From the NCBI RefSeq assembly GCF_006345805.1, contig NC_043000.1, positions 87,296,001 through 87,360,000 of the forward strand: a stretch of 64,000 bases of DNA, read 5' to 3'. Positions 12,305-25,794 of this stretch are shown here, piece after piece. Position 1 is the stretch's first letter. Every line of letters begins with the position of its first letter. The notes beneath the pieces are model-generated. The model worked only from the letters and a program-made list of their open reading frames with translations, had not been told where the DNA came from and made no database searches. A program made the translations under genes and the position numbers. The DNA comes from Octopus sinensis. Lineage: Eukaryota.

Positions 12305-14948
12305 ATATATATAAGTGAAGGATGAAGTACCTGGTATAAAATTTATTACATGGTTTACAATTGTTTCAACAACGTGTTGGTGACAAATTAAACATGCATG
12401 TAGACATGGGAGAGATCAATGATATAGTTATGTCTATTATGTAACGTACACACTATAATAAACTCTACATCCACTTAATCATAACCGAACGAAAGAATAT
12501 GATATAAATACAAACAAATTAATTTAAACCATGAAATAAATGTAATATCAACCACTATATTCTTCCCTTATTCTTCGAGATGGAAGTAAACCCTCCGATT
12601 TCTCTTTTCTCTTATGTTTCTACTGGAGAAAGTCTCTTTCATATGATTTCAGATAGCCGCCGCTCGTGTAGGTGCTGCATGGGGGTAAACATCTGATAAA
12701 AGTTTTTGAATCCTGTATATACATTTAGTATGAGACATAGATGGCGATAAATTCAGCAATCTCTATCTTGGCAAATTCCTGGCTTAAAGTAATTATTTAT
12801 TGAAGTGAAAAAACGAAACTGTATTTAAAATAATATTGTAAATTATGGCATAAATTAAAATGTTATACCACGAGCCTTTAATTCCTTGATGGAGATGTAG
12901 CGTCGCCGTTGTGACGTGGAGCGTGTCTTGGGTACATTTTTTAGACATGGTGGAACTCGTCCTTCTCCTTAGATCACAACCAATTTCTTTCAGGAGAGAG
13001 AGCGAGAGAGAGAAAGAGAGAAAGAGAGAGAGAGAGAGAGAGAGTGAGTGAGTGAATGATTGAACCCCAGCACATCACTGGTACTTTATTTATCGAGGCA
13101 GGGTTGACTTGGGGGGATGGATTTAAAATCAGCGCGCTGAGAGCCGAAACAATTATCACAAAGCAATCTATCCGACATTCTGACGATTCCATCAACAGAC
13201 GTCTTATTTAGATTAAAATAGCCACACGCAAATATAAATATATGTAAGATAGCTGAGTTGATAGTGAATGTCAGACAAGTAGAAAACAAGTAGAAATTCA
13301 TTGTTTATAGCCAAAGTACTTTGCTATTGTTCATTATTCTTAGTTCAATGTTTAGAAAGAAAGAAATTATCACTGTCAGTGGCTCAATATTTATATAATT
13401 CCTTACATTAACATAAACATAATTTGTAGATGAGGGAAGATAATTAATGAAATCAATTTGCAGTACGTTACAATTACTTGTATTTCTTTCTTTGTAAATT
13501 AATAGCAATGTTGATCCGGACAGGAGTTGAACTCACAACGTAAAAGGGATATGAACGAATGATGCGATGTTACAAGGTGCTACTGATTCTGCCATCTAGT
13601 ACTATTAAAGTATTGATAATTAAGATTTCGCTAGCTAAGAGCGTTCATATCCGGTTCGGGGCCTGGTGAAGGTATAGAGAACTCGATATTGTGTATTAAT
13701 TTCTGGGTTTTATGTAAATGTCTTACCCACTGTGTCCTTATTTCAACTTGATGGGGATTAATTTGAAAGCCAACAAGTATGTAATAAATATACAAAAGTC
13801 TTCAATATTACTGACAAGTATATGCCATTTTAAAGATCATAGTAGTGTATATGAAGTGATAAAAAGAGTTTCATTGAAAATGGAAATGAGGTTGCAACCT
13901 CGGCTCATTGAGGCTTTATTTTTGATCTGCTGCTACATTTAAAATATGGCTGCAGATTCTGCCTTTGAGCCTTTCACCAACACAAAATTTATCTCTACTC
14001 TATATCTGCTTGCTAGATAAGAATAGATTATGCTATAGGATTTTAAGAAATGCATATTCACATTTCCGATAAAAATATCCCTCAGCTTCACGGGATCTAT
14101 AAATAAAGTGCTGACAAAAACAGATAACGTAAACGTTTCAGGTTATGAAAAATCTTATATTTTTACAGCAAAAAATCGGTGATAGAGAAACGGAATGTAT
14201 GCAAAAACATTTACAATATTAATCTAAGAAACCGTCCCCCATAAGCGTTTGAAACCCTATCACAATTTGGATTAAATTGTCGCATTATGGTACCGTAGAC
14301 AGAGTTAAGTTTACAGATTACAGTGATCTTAACACATATTGTTTTTATTTGATGAGTTGGGGGTTAACAATATCTACAGTGTATCACAATGACGTTCAAG
14401 TGTCAAATTGTGGTTCAAAAGGTCGATAGTTCAAATCTCGACATCGGTATAAAATTGTGTTGAAGCGGAAAATCTAGATAAATAAACATATCCAACAAGT
14501 CAATGGAGGGAGGAAAGACGTGGTTGATTGATCTGTTAGAAACATCAGCCAGATTTATCCACAAATAACACTCCTCCACCATAAAGAAATAAAATAACAT
14601 TAGAAAATAAAGTTCCAGTTATGTAAAATTACGTGATGGTCACATCGACTGTCTATTGGTTCAGTTAAATGGTGTTGAATTAGTATGAATTAGTGTTTTA
14701 TTAACCTTCAGCAACGAGTTAAATTTTCATACCGACCAGAAACTAAAAGGAAGCCATTTAACAGAATTTTTTCTTGAAGATAATTTTATCAACAGTATCA
14801 GCAAATGTGTATAACTAATTGATGAACACTTTTATTCCCTAATATTAGTGCCTTCCATATAACCTACCAAACGAAAATCTGTTCGTGGTGATTTTCTGTT
14901 AGCATGATAAAAAACAACCCGCAATATATATATATGTATGTATGTATG

Positions 14949-15020
<72 letters not shown>

Positions 15021-15021
15021 T

Positions 15022-15054
<33 letters not shown>

Positions 15055-15147
15055 GATTAATAGATAAAATTAAATAGATATACAATTGGTAATCCAATAA
15101 TTTATTTATGTTATAATATAACATAAGCAATTATTAAAACATCAAAT

Positions 15148-15228
15148 TGTCAACAATTTGTTTCGATTTATATACTTTACTTTTTTGATATATAAACAAT
15201 TCCCTTACATATAAACTTCATTAGAGCC
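15148..15228 (-). pseudogene. Hammerhead copy in the inverted pLTR with a G5A core change
   Basis: Minus strand reads GGCT-CTAATGA-AGTTTATAT...ATATAAATC-GAAA-CAAATTG-TT-GACA; homologous to 19064-19140. Confidence 0.65.
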
Positions 15229-15486
15229 AGAGTTTAAAGACGAAATTCTGTGTGAAAGGACGGCTGTATTGTAAAAAATTAATTCAAATACCTATGTATT
15301 ATGAGCGTGAGATAACAAGTACTGGGCTAGAAAAAATACTAATGATTATTTTGACATAACCATGGGTTCACCCGATTCAGCCCAGGTTACCGACTTTGTA
15401 GGTATATACATACTGTATCATTTCCATAATGAATTTCCAGAAATTAAAGGCGGTCTCTATAGAGATGATGCATTATTTTTTAATAG

Positions 15487-16231
15487 CACTGGGCAAGAAA
15501 AATATTTTGTCTGGTGCCTTCCATATTTCAAAATTCTTAAGGGATTTTACCCGCTGAATTAAAAAATAACTTCAGTTTTTCTCCAAGACATTGAAGGCAG
15601 GAACAAGAAGCAAGACATTGAAGACAGGAAAGGAAGCTCTTCACTGTGTGGAGCCGGTCTAATAGCAGAGGCAAGATTAAGATAGACAAGTGTTTGTCGA
15701 TATTTCCGGTTTACAAAAATAGCAGTCGTCCGCGTGATTATAGGGATCTCGCCATACAATTGGTATAGCAAACCTCATACTTTTCCTTGTCCCTTTAGTC
15801 CATTTCGCAAATGTCCTGTATATTGTTTGCAGATACTATGTGGTGCCCAATATTTATCTTGGTCTCCTAGCTTGACCCCAAAATATGCCATATACACTCT
15901 TTCAACAAAATCAGTAATGTTTTTTCGATTTTCAAAACACATTTAGAGAATTAACGCAACACTTTCTTGAAGAGGACATCTTGCTCATTTTCTATTGTTT
16001 AGTTCACCATAACACCTAAAAAGTATGGAAAAAGAAAAAAAATTTGAATTAGAATAAAGTAACGAACACTGCGTGCTGGACGTACACACATTCATAGTGA
16101 CTATAGGGATGTTCAATAACTTAAAACTAGATCTGATAGGTCAAAAAGAGGGTTATATTTGGATTCAGGAAACCGATTTTGTATAGGAATTATGTCTATT
16201 TCCTAAACACCAAAAACCTTGTAAACCAGTG
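15487..16231 (-). mobile_element. Chapaev3-like (CMC superfamily) internally deleted DNA transposon inserted in the PLE RT
   Basis: Imperfect TIRs CACTGGGCAAG / CTTGTAAACCAGTG and a 3-bp TSD TAG on both sides. Minus strand encodes AYFGVKLGDQDKYWAPHSIC, FAIPIVWRDPYNHADDCYFC and NLASAIRPAPHSEELP. Family assignment is from recalled motifs. Confidence 0.75.
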
Positions 16232-17608
16232 TAGTCAATCTAACAGAAAAATAAACCTGTATATGAAGAAACTCCACAATTTCTTTAAAAGATGTGGTTT
16301 ATCTATCTCTATAGAAAATGAACATGATTCAGTTAATTACCTGGATGTAAAAAAAAGCAGGATACTAGAATAGAATAGTATGTTGTAATAAGAATGGGAA
16401 TTCCACCAATTCTTATTATAATAATGGAAGGATGATTGACAACGAAGTGGGTGAATCAAATAGTAACAATGTATCCAATTTATTTGTAAGTAGTAATGAT
16501 ATGATTAACAATAGTAATAATATCAATAAGAACAAGTGTAGTAAACATATCCTGAATAAAAAATGGATATATAAATAAACTTAGCTCTAATGATAATCAT
16601 TTTACGCCATATACCAACCCAAATAACCCAATGATGTTAATTATAATAAAGATAATTATATTTAGTTTATCATTCCTTACGCACGAGAAATGCAAACGAA
16701 TTTGGTCTAGCTGTTTTAGAGATCAATATCTAAGTACTTTAATAAAGAACATAAATATTATAAAATAATTAACAATAAAATGATTAGAATAGGTTTTTCA
16801 GTATCTAAAAATTTGTTTAGATTTATCTCTTCTTTTATTAATAAAAGTTTAGACAACTTTTATAATAATAAAAATAATAATTCTATTACAGAAAATGATC
16901 TAGCTAGAAATTGTGATTGTAGATATAAGGATTAATATTATTCTAATAATTTTTGTTTACAGAACAATATTGTATATAGATGTAGGGTGGATTCGGAACA
17001 AAGAAATTATTTTCATACAGGGTTAACGGAAAATTTTATTAAAAACACGGACAGCAAACCATGATTACACCTTTATGAATAGAGATAGGTTTAACAGTAC
17101 GAGTCTTAGTAAACTAGTTTGGAAATTGAAGGAAAGTAAGAAATTATACAAAATAAATTTGAAAATACTTTGTCAAGCTAGATCGTATAAAATTAATAAT
17201 GCTAGATATAACCTATGTATAGATGAATTATACCAGATATTAACATCTAAGAAGAAATTGCTTATTGAAAGACGTGAGAGTATTCTATCCTGTACACACT
17301 ATTCTAAATATGTGTTTATAAAATTTTATTAAGTGTCTATAGTTGTACTCGTATGTATCCATTTATATGTGTACATGCATATGTATATATGAATAATCAT
17401 ATATTTGTATATATGTATATATGTATTTGTATACGTCGGTACATGTTTGTATTTATCTGATGCTTTTTATATGTCCTTATGCATGTGTATATGTTTGTGC
17501 GTATATATATTGTGTGTAGATATGTATTTATCTCTATATATGTGTATATATGTATAGGCATATGTATATGGATGTATATATATATATATAAGCAACTAGG
17601 TGTATTGC

Positions 17609-17664
<56 letters not shown>

Positions 17665-17826
17665 CATATGGGTATTTATATATGTGTATAAGTGTTTTTG
17701 TGTGTATGTCTATATGTATTTGCATATATGTATGTGTCTTTGAATATGTAGGTGCATATATGTATATACGTATATATGTGTATGTATATATGTATATACG
17801 TATATATGTGTATGTATATATGTATA

Positions 17827-17871
<45 letters not shown>

Positions 17872-19063
17872 ATATATATATATGTCATCTTAATCTATGT
17901 TATAGTATTGAATTTAGAAAATCAGGTGTTAGTGAATTAATTCAGAATTTGATTCCTTTTGATGCTATTGTTGTAGTTACTGTTATATCATCATTATATT
18001 AATATCAATATTAATTACATATCCCAGTTAAGATGTCTTCATTGTACTAAATGAATATATGTATAAATACATTTATTTAAGTTATTAATAAAATGGTGAT
18101 AATTATAATTATGATAATAATGATAATAATAGATAAATAGTTTTAATAACCAAAATAATAATTATAGTATTGTATAGTTTATAACTTGTATTCTTATTAT
18201 AACAATATTATTTTGTTAATTCTGAAAGAATAAATAAAATTTGAATATATACTATTTATAGCCATTTAATTTTAAAATAGTAATATTAATTATTTTGTCG
18301 TGAGCAAAACCTTAATACTTGTTCTGTTTATAATACTTATTTTTTATTTATTTACAGAGTTCTCCTTTTCATAATATACGAATAATAATCCTTATTTAAG
18401 TAACTTCAAATTGAGTTACTTCTAACTCAAGTAATATGTTGATATCCATTATTATAGCCTAACTCTATATCTATAGGGTATTTAGCATATAGTGTTTACA
18501 ACCATGAGTTTATCTTCAAATTTATAACGGAATTCTCCCTACGATGAATTAAGTAAGGAAAGAAAAGTTTTTTTATTAGGTTTCTATTTATATTTATTAC
18601 GGAATTATCCCTCCGATAAACAATAATTATAGATTATTCATATTAGTTACTTTAAACAATTTTTTTAATATCAAATGACTTTAAATAAATAGATTAGTTA
18701 TTATATATTAAAAATATAATTATCATTTATATTTTTTGCACTCGTTTTATTACAGTTCTAGGTAAAGCAAGACCCTGTTTATTATAAACACATATATATT
18801 ATTGATGTTTGTTATAATACCGAAAGATTCTCTTAGACATAAACGAATTTGGATCAATATTATTTGAGATATATAGAAATATATTTCGATAGTTGTAGAT
18901 TACACATGCTTAATCTTATTGCCCGTAAAATGTTTTTGTTTTTTAATTGTAATTGGTATGTAATTGAATAGTTAACGCTCACGCTCTAATATATAGGTAT
19001 TTGAATTAATTTTTTTACAATCCAGCCGTCCTTTCACACGGAATTTCGTTTATCTTAAGCTCT

Positions 19064-19140
19064 GGCTCTGATGAGGCTTATATATAAGGGAATTACTTAA
19101 ATCTAAAAAAATGCATATAAGTCGAAACAAATTGTTGGCC
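19064..19140 (+). ncRNA. Type I hammerhead ribozyme in the PLE 3' tail (GUU cleavage triplet)
   Basis: GGCT-CTGATGA (19068-19074)-GGCTTATAT...ATATAAGTC (9 bp including one G-U)-GAAA (19124-19127)-CAAATTG-TT-GGCC. Confidence 0.7.
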
Positions 19141-19361
19141 TATTGACGTTTTAATAATTGCTTATGTTATTTTATATTGTTATATTGTATTTATAGAATA
19201 TTATGCTACATTATAACATAAATAAATTATTGGATTGTCAGTTGTATATCTCTATTTAATTTTATCTTTGTAATTTGCATTATACCCATATGTATATGGT
19301 ATTCAACTGACGTGCCAGTGAATTGGATGTTTCACACACCCCTTTAAAGGGTGTTTTTCCT

Positions 19362-19401
<40 letters not shown>

Positions 19402-19479
19402 CAGTCGCCATGATAGATCATTAGCCACTATACACATTTTTTCTCTCCCTTTTTCTCTCCTCGTATTTTTTCTGTGTCC

Positions 19480-19515
19480 CTTTCTGTAGAAGAGCGTAGG
19501 CTCGAAACGTAAAAG
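19480..19515 (+). ncRNA. Minimal hammerhead-like motif with variant core CUGUAGA
   Basis: CTTT-CTGTAGA-A-GAGC-GTAG-GCTC-GAAA-CG-TA-AAAG. Stems I and II pair, stem III is the ACGU palindrome, and A6 is replaced by U. Confidence 0.5.
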
Positions 19516-19628
19516 ACTTTTTATATCCCTGAGCGTTATACTAATACATGTTTGTTTTGTACACCACCTGTCTTCGTCTTTTGTTTTTTTTTTCGTAAAC
19601 TCTCCCTGTATATATGTATATATATATA

Positions 19629-19750
<122 letters not shown>

Positions 19751-19840
19751 TGTTATATATATATATGTATAAATATAAATATATATATATATATTAATAA
19801 CAATCTTAATTAGAAATGGATGCGTGCGTTCAGTCATATA

Positions 19841-20348
19841 TAAATAAATTAAACATATGCATATATACATACATATATGTACGTACCTAACTCTACATGT
19901 ATATATACATGCATATATGGGTACAGGACACCAAAAAAAAAACGTCGAACACAATGAGAAACGAAAACATAAACACAAAACTGAGGAAATGGACATATTT
20001 TTTTAAACAACGAAAAAATAGAGTACAGGACATACAAACAAGGAAAATTCCCCTTCTTCAGTCGCCTTAATTTCATCTACTCCATCTACTCGCCTGACCT
20101 TCGATACGTGGAGTAGATGAAATTAAGGCGACTGAAGAAGGGGAATTTTCCTTGTTTGTATGTCCTGTACTCTATTTTTTCGTCGTTTAAAAAATATGTC
20201 CATTTCCTCAGTTTTGTGTTTATGTTTTCGTTTCTCATTGTGTTCGACGTTTTTTTGGCGTCCTGTACCCTACCCATATGCAAGTATATATACATGTAGA
20301 GGTAGGTACGTACATATATGTATATATGCATATGTTTTATTTATTTAA
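19841..20348. repeat. Fold-back palindrome with about 240-bp arms and a 24-nt spacer
   Basis: 19841-20084 is the reverse complement of 20109-20348. The same family occurs as a single copy at about 28030-28270. Confidence 0.95.
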
Positions 20349-20363
20349 TATATATATATAATA

Positions 20364-20402
<39 letters not shown>

Positions 20403-20499
20403 GGACTTTCCCGTCGAAGACGGCGCATAAATGTTCAGTTTTTACCAAACGACCAGACCATTTGTACATTAGTACATTAGTTCACTCTCTCCATCAAAT

Positions 20500-20660
20500 C
20501 AACGTTGCCTGAACAAGTGCCTGGTGTACCGCACGTCACGTGTCGAAGTGATCGTAGATGAAGGGTTTTGCTCAAGAACACAACGCACCGCCCGATCTAA
20601 GTATTGAAACCGTGATCTTTCGATCGTAAATACGATACCCTAACCACTGGGCCATGCAGC
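20500..20660 (-). mobile_element. SINE family D
   Basis: Reverse complement has a tRNA-like head (GGCCCAGTGGTTAGGG...); similar to 6165-6295. Confidence 0.65.
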
Positions 20661-21693
20661 CCCTCTCTCTCTCTCTCTCACACACACACACTCATGAACA
20701 CACACACACTCATGCACACACACATGATTCTGACGACGTACATATATTGGAGTGTTATACTTAACCTTAACTATGGAACAAAATCGAAAACAAACGAAAT
20801 ATTTAACATGTCGAAACGTTAAATTTATACATCAAAACAAAAAGAAGAAAATTTATAAAGCGTGTTTTGCTTGTTTACATTATTTTTGATAATGAAAGTT
20901 TTATTTCAACATTCAGATAGATGGAAAGCCGTCTATGCTGGAACTCTCTCGTAACGCTATCCATAACTTAGGAAGAGCGTAGATGAAGCTAAAGAAGCTT
21001 CAGAATCGTTAATATTACAAGTTTACACGTCACGAATAGCAAATAAGATTAAGTCTCCTCGAGACAAAACAACCCGTTTATCACTGGTCATGTTCTGCAC
21101 CAGAGAAACACATCTCTAAGTCTCTGATAAGAATAAAAACAAAAAGAAGCAGACGAAAAAAGCTAAAGAACGTCTTTCAGCTACAATTGGTTTATAAATA
21201 GAGAGCTGACAAGAGCAGGCAGCAAGCTAAATAAACAGTAATCAATTTTACTGTATGGTGAATTATATCGGCTATAATTAGAGTCTGTTGAGAGCTATAT
21301 CAATGCAGATCCCGTATCAGATCACGTGTTCTTGCATTTTCAGTTGGTTGTCTGGCATTCTATGAACTTCACTATTCACTCTCACTGCTCTACATAAAAT
21401 TCAATTACACGACGCACTAACTAAACTTTTTAATGGTGGATATATTACCAAATCCATACATGTCCAGGACTTAATTAGATTCTAGTATAATACAACTCAT
21501 TGGACCGTTGCTATGTTAGTATAATATCATATATAATATCATACTTTTTTGTTAACTCGTCTTCGTTTAAGCAACGTTGCACTTTCAATGTAAACCAGCT
21601 CTAGTTATGTAAAATTGCTTTACATCTGATGGACGTATAGGTATTCCGCCTCTACGATTTTAACTCAGCATTTCAGTAATATATATCAACACG

Positions 21694-21928
21694 AAGGCGG
21701 CGAGCTGGCAGAATTGTTAGCACGCCAGGCGAAATGCTTTGCGGTATTTCGTCTGCCGCTACGTTCTGACTTCAAAATACTGCCGAGGTCGACTTTGCCT
21801 TTCATCCTTTCGGGGTCGATTAAGTAAGTACCAGTTACGCACTGGAGTCGATATAATCGACTTAATCCGATTGTCTGCCCTTGTTTGCCCTCTCTGTGTT
21901 TAGTCCCTTGTGGGTAGTAAAGAAATAG
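21694..21928 (+). mobile_element. SINE family A
   Basis: AAGGCGGCGAGCTGGCAGAATTGTTAGCACGCC...GGGGTCGATTAAGTAAGTACCAG. Confidence 0.9.
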
Positions 21929-22104
21929 ATATTTCGTCCATCCATTTTTTTCTAATCGCCTTTTCTCCTTTTAATTTTCTCTTCGTGGTCTACGAATTAA
22001 AGAATTTGATGAAATATAAATGACAAAAGAGAACTTTAAATTACAAAGTTACTAAAAATATTTTGTCATTGTTGATTTTGTTGTCTCGCGTCTGCTACTA
22101 ATAT

Positions 22105-22179
<75 letters not shown>

Positions 22180-22186
22180 CAGTAGT

Positions 22187-22258
<72 letters not shown>

Positions 22259-22262
22259 GGTC
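22105..22262. repeat. Compound (GTA)n/(GCA)n trinucleotide microsatellite
   Basis: Read directly. It produces the poly-T/A and poly-Y/C pseudo-ORFs in the track. Confidence 0.95.
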
Positions 22263-22275
22263 GTAACAGCAGTAT

Positions 22276-22470
22276 GGAGGCGCAATGGCCCAGTGGTTAG
22301 GGCAGCGGACTTGTGGTCGTAAGAACGCAGTTTCGATTCCCAGACCGGGCATTGTGAGTGTTTATTGAGCAAAAACACCTAAGCTCCACGAGGCTCCGGC
22401 GGGGGTGGATGGGTGAACCCCGTTGTACTCTTTCACCACAACATTCTCTCACTCTTTCTTCCTACTTCTG
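22276..22470 (+). mobile_element. tRNA-derived SINE family B
   Basis: GGAGGCGCAATGGCCCAGTGGTTAGGGCAGCGGAC...GTTTCGATTCCCAG. Confidence 0.85.
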
Positions 22471-22737
22471 CCACAAAGCAGAGGAACCATGGTGTGGTAA
22501 ACTTTCACACCCTAGTCTAGATTGCGAATCCTCTGTACCCCAGGATGGTTCAGCTCTCCACCCGTTAAAAAGCCACCGTTTACGGAATGAGGATAACAAC
22601 GTAGCTTTCGCGCCCGTGCAACCGCCAGTCTATCGCGTGTGATGGGTGGATCTTCAAGTTGCCACACGCATTCTTAGTAGCTTAGAGTAGACTCGAATTA
22701 GAGATGGTTGTGCCCTTCTGATATTAATATTTTTCCA

Positions 22738-23175
22738 AGTAAGGCGGCGAGTTGGCAGAAACATTAGCACGCCGGACGAAATACCTAGCAGTATTTCGTC
22801 TGTCTTTACGTTCTTAGTTCAAATTCTGCCGAGGTCAACTTTGCCTTTCATCCTTTCGGGGTCGATAAATTAAGTACCAGTTGTGTACCGGGGTCGATCT
22901 AATCGACTTACCCCTCCCCCCAAATTTCGAGCCTTGTTCCTAGAGTAGAAAATAATATATATCAACCCGAAGGTAGCGAGCAGGTAGAATCGTTGACACG
23001 CCGGAATAATTGCTTAACGATATTTTGTCCGTTCTCATGTCCTGAATTCTGCAGAGGTCAACTTTGCTTTTCATCCTTTCGGAGTCGATAAAATAAGTAC
23101 CACTTGAGCACTAGGGTCGATGTAATCGACTTACCCCATCCCCGGATATTGCTAGGCTTGTGTCAAAATTCGAAC
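22738..23175 (+). mobile_element. Two SINE family A copies in head-to-tail tandem
   Basis: Heads at about 22738 and 22969, each with the GTCAACTTTGC...TTTCGG(G/A)GTCGATAAA body. Confidence 0.85.
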
Positions 23176-24449
23176 CTAATAATCAATGGCAACATTGCCA
23201 ATTTCACTTTCCATCTTCGTTACCTTGTAAATTGAGTTCAAATCCGAGTATAGTTTTAACTTGAAGATAGTTAGTCTCTACTTAATGGACCGGTCCTTGG
23301 TGCACTGTCTGAAGTTGATGCCGTCAAGTGGTGGGGCCCTCGTAACCTAATAAGTTATAGAACTTAGATCAAATCTTAAACTGGTACTAAAAGCGGCATA
23401 ACGTCAGTTATGAGATGCCAACTAAGGTTGGGTTGATTTCTCTTCTTAACTGAGTCAGTGTTTTAACTCATCAACCAGGAAATGAAAAGTAGTTTTGACT
23501 TTCTTTAGTGATGCCGTTTGATTAATTGATACGATAATACATCTAAATATTCTTTAGTGGTGCAGTATGATTAATTAATATAATAAAACGTGGAGCCATT
23601 CGCAATTTATTGAATCTAAGTTTGTAGAAGGGTTCTTAATAAAAGTGAAGCTAATTTTAAATATTCTGCAAATGACTCGGCGTTGTTGCTTGCAGTTTAT
23701 ACACTATACACATAGTTTCATTTGGTCTATGTCAGTAAAATTGTTTTCTGCTATATTTCAATTACTAAGAAAAAATTTTCTTTAATCAATTTCTTTTTAG
23801 ATGTTTTTTTTAACGTTGGAAATTTCGAAAAAGTTCTATTTCAGATTAAATTATTTTAATTAAGTTTGAAACCAATAGAAACAAGAAATACCAATCATTC
23901 TTCGTGTATGCCAACTCCCGAAGCAGTAACAGCAACAGTGACAACAACCATAACGACTATATAACACACACACATACAAATATACACGCATGTACGCGCC
24001 TATTGTCAAATTGTAGTAAATAATTTCCCGGTTATAGAGATCGTAATCCGCACGTGATTTAAATTAGATTTAAACACCAACACAGTTCTGAAATTACATG
24101 CTGATGAAGTTGAAGCAGTTTTTGCTGGTATAAAGTCCTGCTGTTATTACATTACAACAGAGGCAGTTGTTAAGGTGGTTACAATTGTCACAAGTTTTGC
24201 CGCTGTTGTTATTTGTTCCAGATCAATTGCATAAGCAAACATGTTGACCATGAAGATTAAGTAACACTACATATTTCAACTAACATAAATTCTATTTAAC
24301 TAAGAATAAAAATATCATAGAGTTAAACCCAAATTAGTGATGATAACTATTTTAGTTAACAAAATGAAGAAAGACCAACTGATAAAGCCACATTTTGTCA
24401 TTGTACTTAACTTTTGGACGAACAGCAAGTTCCGAAGCATTAACGTCTA

Positions 24450-24820
24450 CGTTTCTCTCAGCTGAACTTTACCCAGAACACTAGTGAACACACACACTCT
24501 TTCTCTTACAAACACACAGGTACACACACACACACACGCACACACACCGGACGAGAAGCAGTTAACCATTACATGTAATAAAATAAATAATATATATATA
24601 TATGTTGTTAATCCAAACAAGAAAACACAAAAAAAAAACACAACACGAGGACGTGGAACAAATACAGTACTATTGGACGCCCAGGAAAGAAGGAAAGAAG
24701 GAGGGTTTAACGTTTCGAGCGGAGCTCTTCGTTGGAAACATAGCAGAAGGAAAGATCCAGAGAAGGGAAGACAAAGGAAAAAGAATCGCCAACGGTACAC
24801 ACGAGGTCACATTTTGAAAG

Positions 24821-24858
<38 letters not shown>

Positions 24859-25300
24859 TATACGGGTACAGGACGTCAGCAACTGTGTAAACGACATGAA
24901 ATACGAAAACAAACGGGTTAAATAAGCAGACAACCGAAGATAGAAAACAGGTCAAGTAAACACAAAGAAACGACCCTTCATCAATTTTCGGCTGTCTATC
25001 TACTCATCATTTCGTGCATTCAACGACAATGTGAGTCTTCAAAAACAGTTGCTCCCATAAATTCTAAAATAAAATTTAGGATTTATGGAGAGTCAAAGTT
25101 GAGCACAAAAGCAGGATGGTGGAGACATACAAAGAAATCGAACGAAAACAGTATGAGAGGAAAATAGTCAATGCTGGGAGATAAATTTTCTTTGAAAAGA
25201 GAGGAAAGACAAAAAAAATGTCCCGCGCTTTGAACATCCGTGCAGGAAAAGAAACCTGGTCACGTGAGGAAAAGAGAAATGGACGATGGTTACATGTGAG
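24450..25300 (-). mobile_element. Probable PLE 3' tail carrying a hammerhead-like remnant at 24706-24738
   Basis: Minus strand TTT-CCAACGA-A-GAGC-TCC-GCTC-GAAA-CG-TT-AAA has the same architecture as 19480 and 59926. 24860-24910 resembles the 19841 palindrome family. Confidence 0.4.
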
Positions 25301-25325
25301 CAACAAGACAGAAAAAAGAGAAAGA

Positions 25326-25361
<36 letters not shown>

Positions 25362-25794
25362 GAGACAAATAGAAAACAGTGAAAAGAGAGAGGGGAGAAA
25401 AATGTAATTAGAGGAAGATGGAGAAAGAAAACAGTACAGAGTAGAGTCGCATCAAAAAGGTGATGATAAACTTACTTTAAAATGGATGCGTGGCGATGAA
25501 TTAAATAAAAATATAAATAATATATATTTATATGTATGTATATAAAAGATCTCAGTAGTTTCCAGTTCCCCCGTCGAAGAGAAGATGAGGTAGATTACGA
25601 GTGGAAGACCCATGAGGAATACAAAACAGTATAAAAGTAAGACAGAGCCATGAATGTATGGGAATAAATTGAGAATAAAACTGATACGGTGAAGGCATAT
25701 ATAACTTAAAAGTTCGAAAGATATATATCTCACACACTCATTTATATTATCATCTCGCTTAGGCATAGTGATACTAAAAACCATTAGTTTTCTC

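Larger units (their letters stand above)
15055..19270 (+). mobile_element. 5'-truncated Penelope-like element with inverted partial pLTR at its 5' side
   Basis: RT MGSPDSAQVTDFVGIYIL...GGLYRDDAL (15362-), KKLHNFFKRCGLSISIE...VNYLDV, then RNCDCRYKD...NIVYRCRV...HTGLTENF and NSTSLSKLVWKLKE (to 17332), then a long AT-rich tail. 15055-15315 is an inverted copy of 18975-19270. Confidence 0.85.

Noticed and set aside
22276-22350. tRNA-like sequences (also 6730-6800, 32326-32400, 13515-13550)
   Set aside because: They are SINE heads continuing into repeat bodies, and no complete cloverleaf could be drawn.
22052-22378. Poly-Thr/Ala and poly-Cys/Tyr ORFs
   Set aside because: Frames of the (GTA)n/(GCA)n microsatellite running into a SINE.
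20900-24400. Non-repetitive-looking stretches examined for host exons
   Set aside because: No recognisable protein motif or convincing splice-bounded ORF. Small exons cannot be excluded without RNA-seq.
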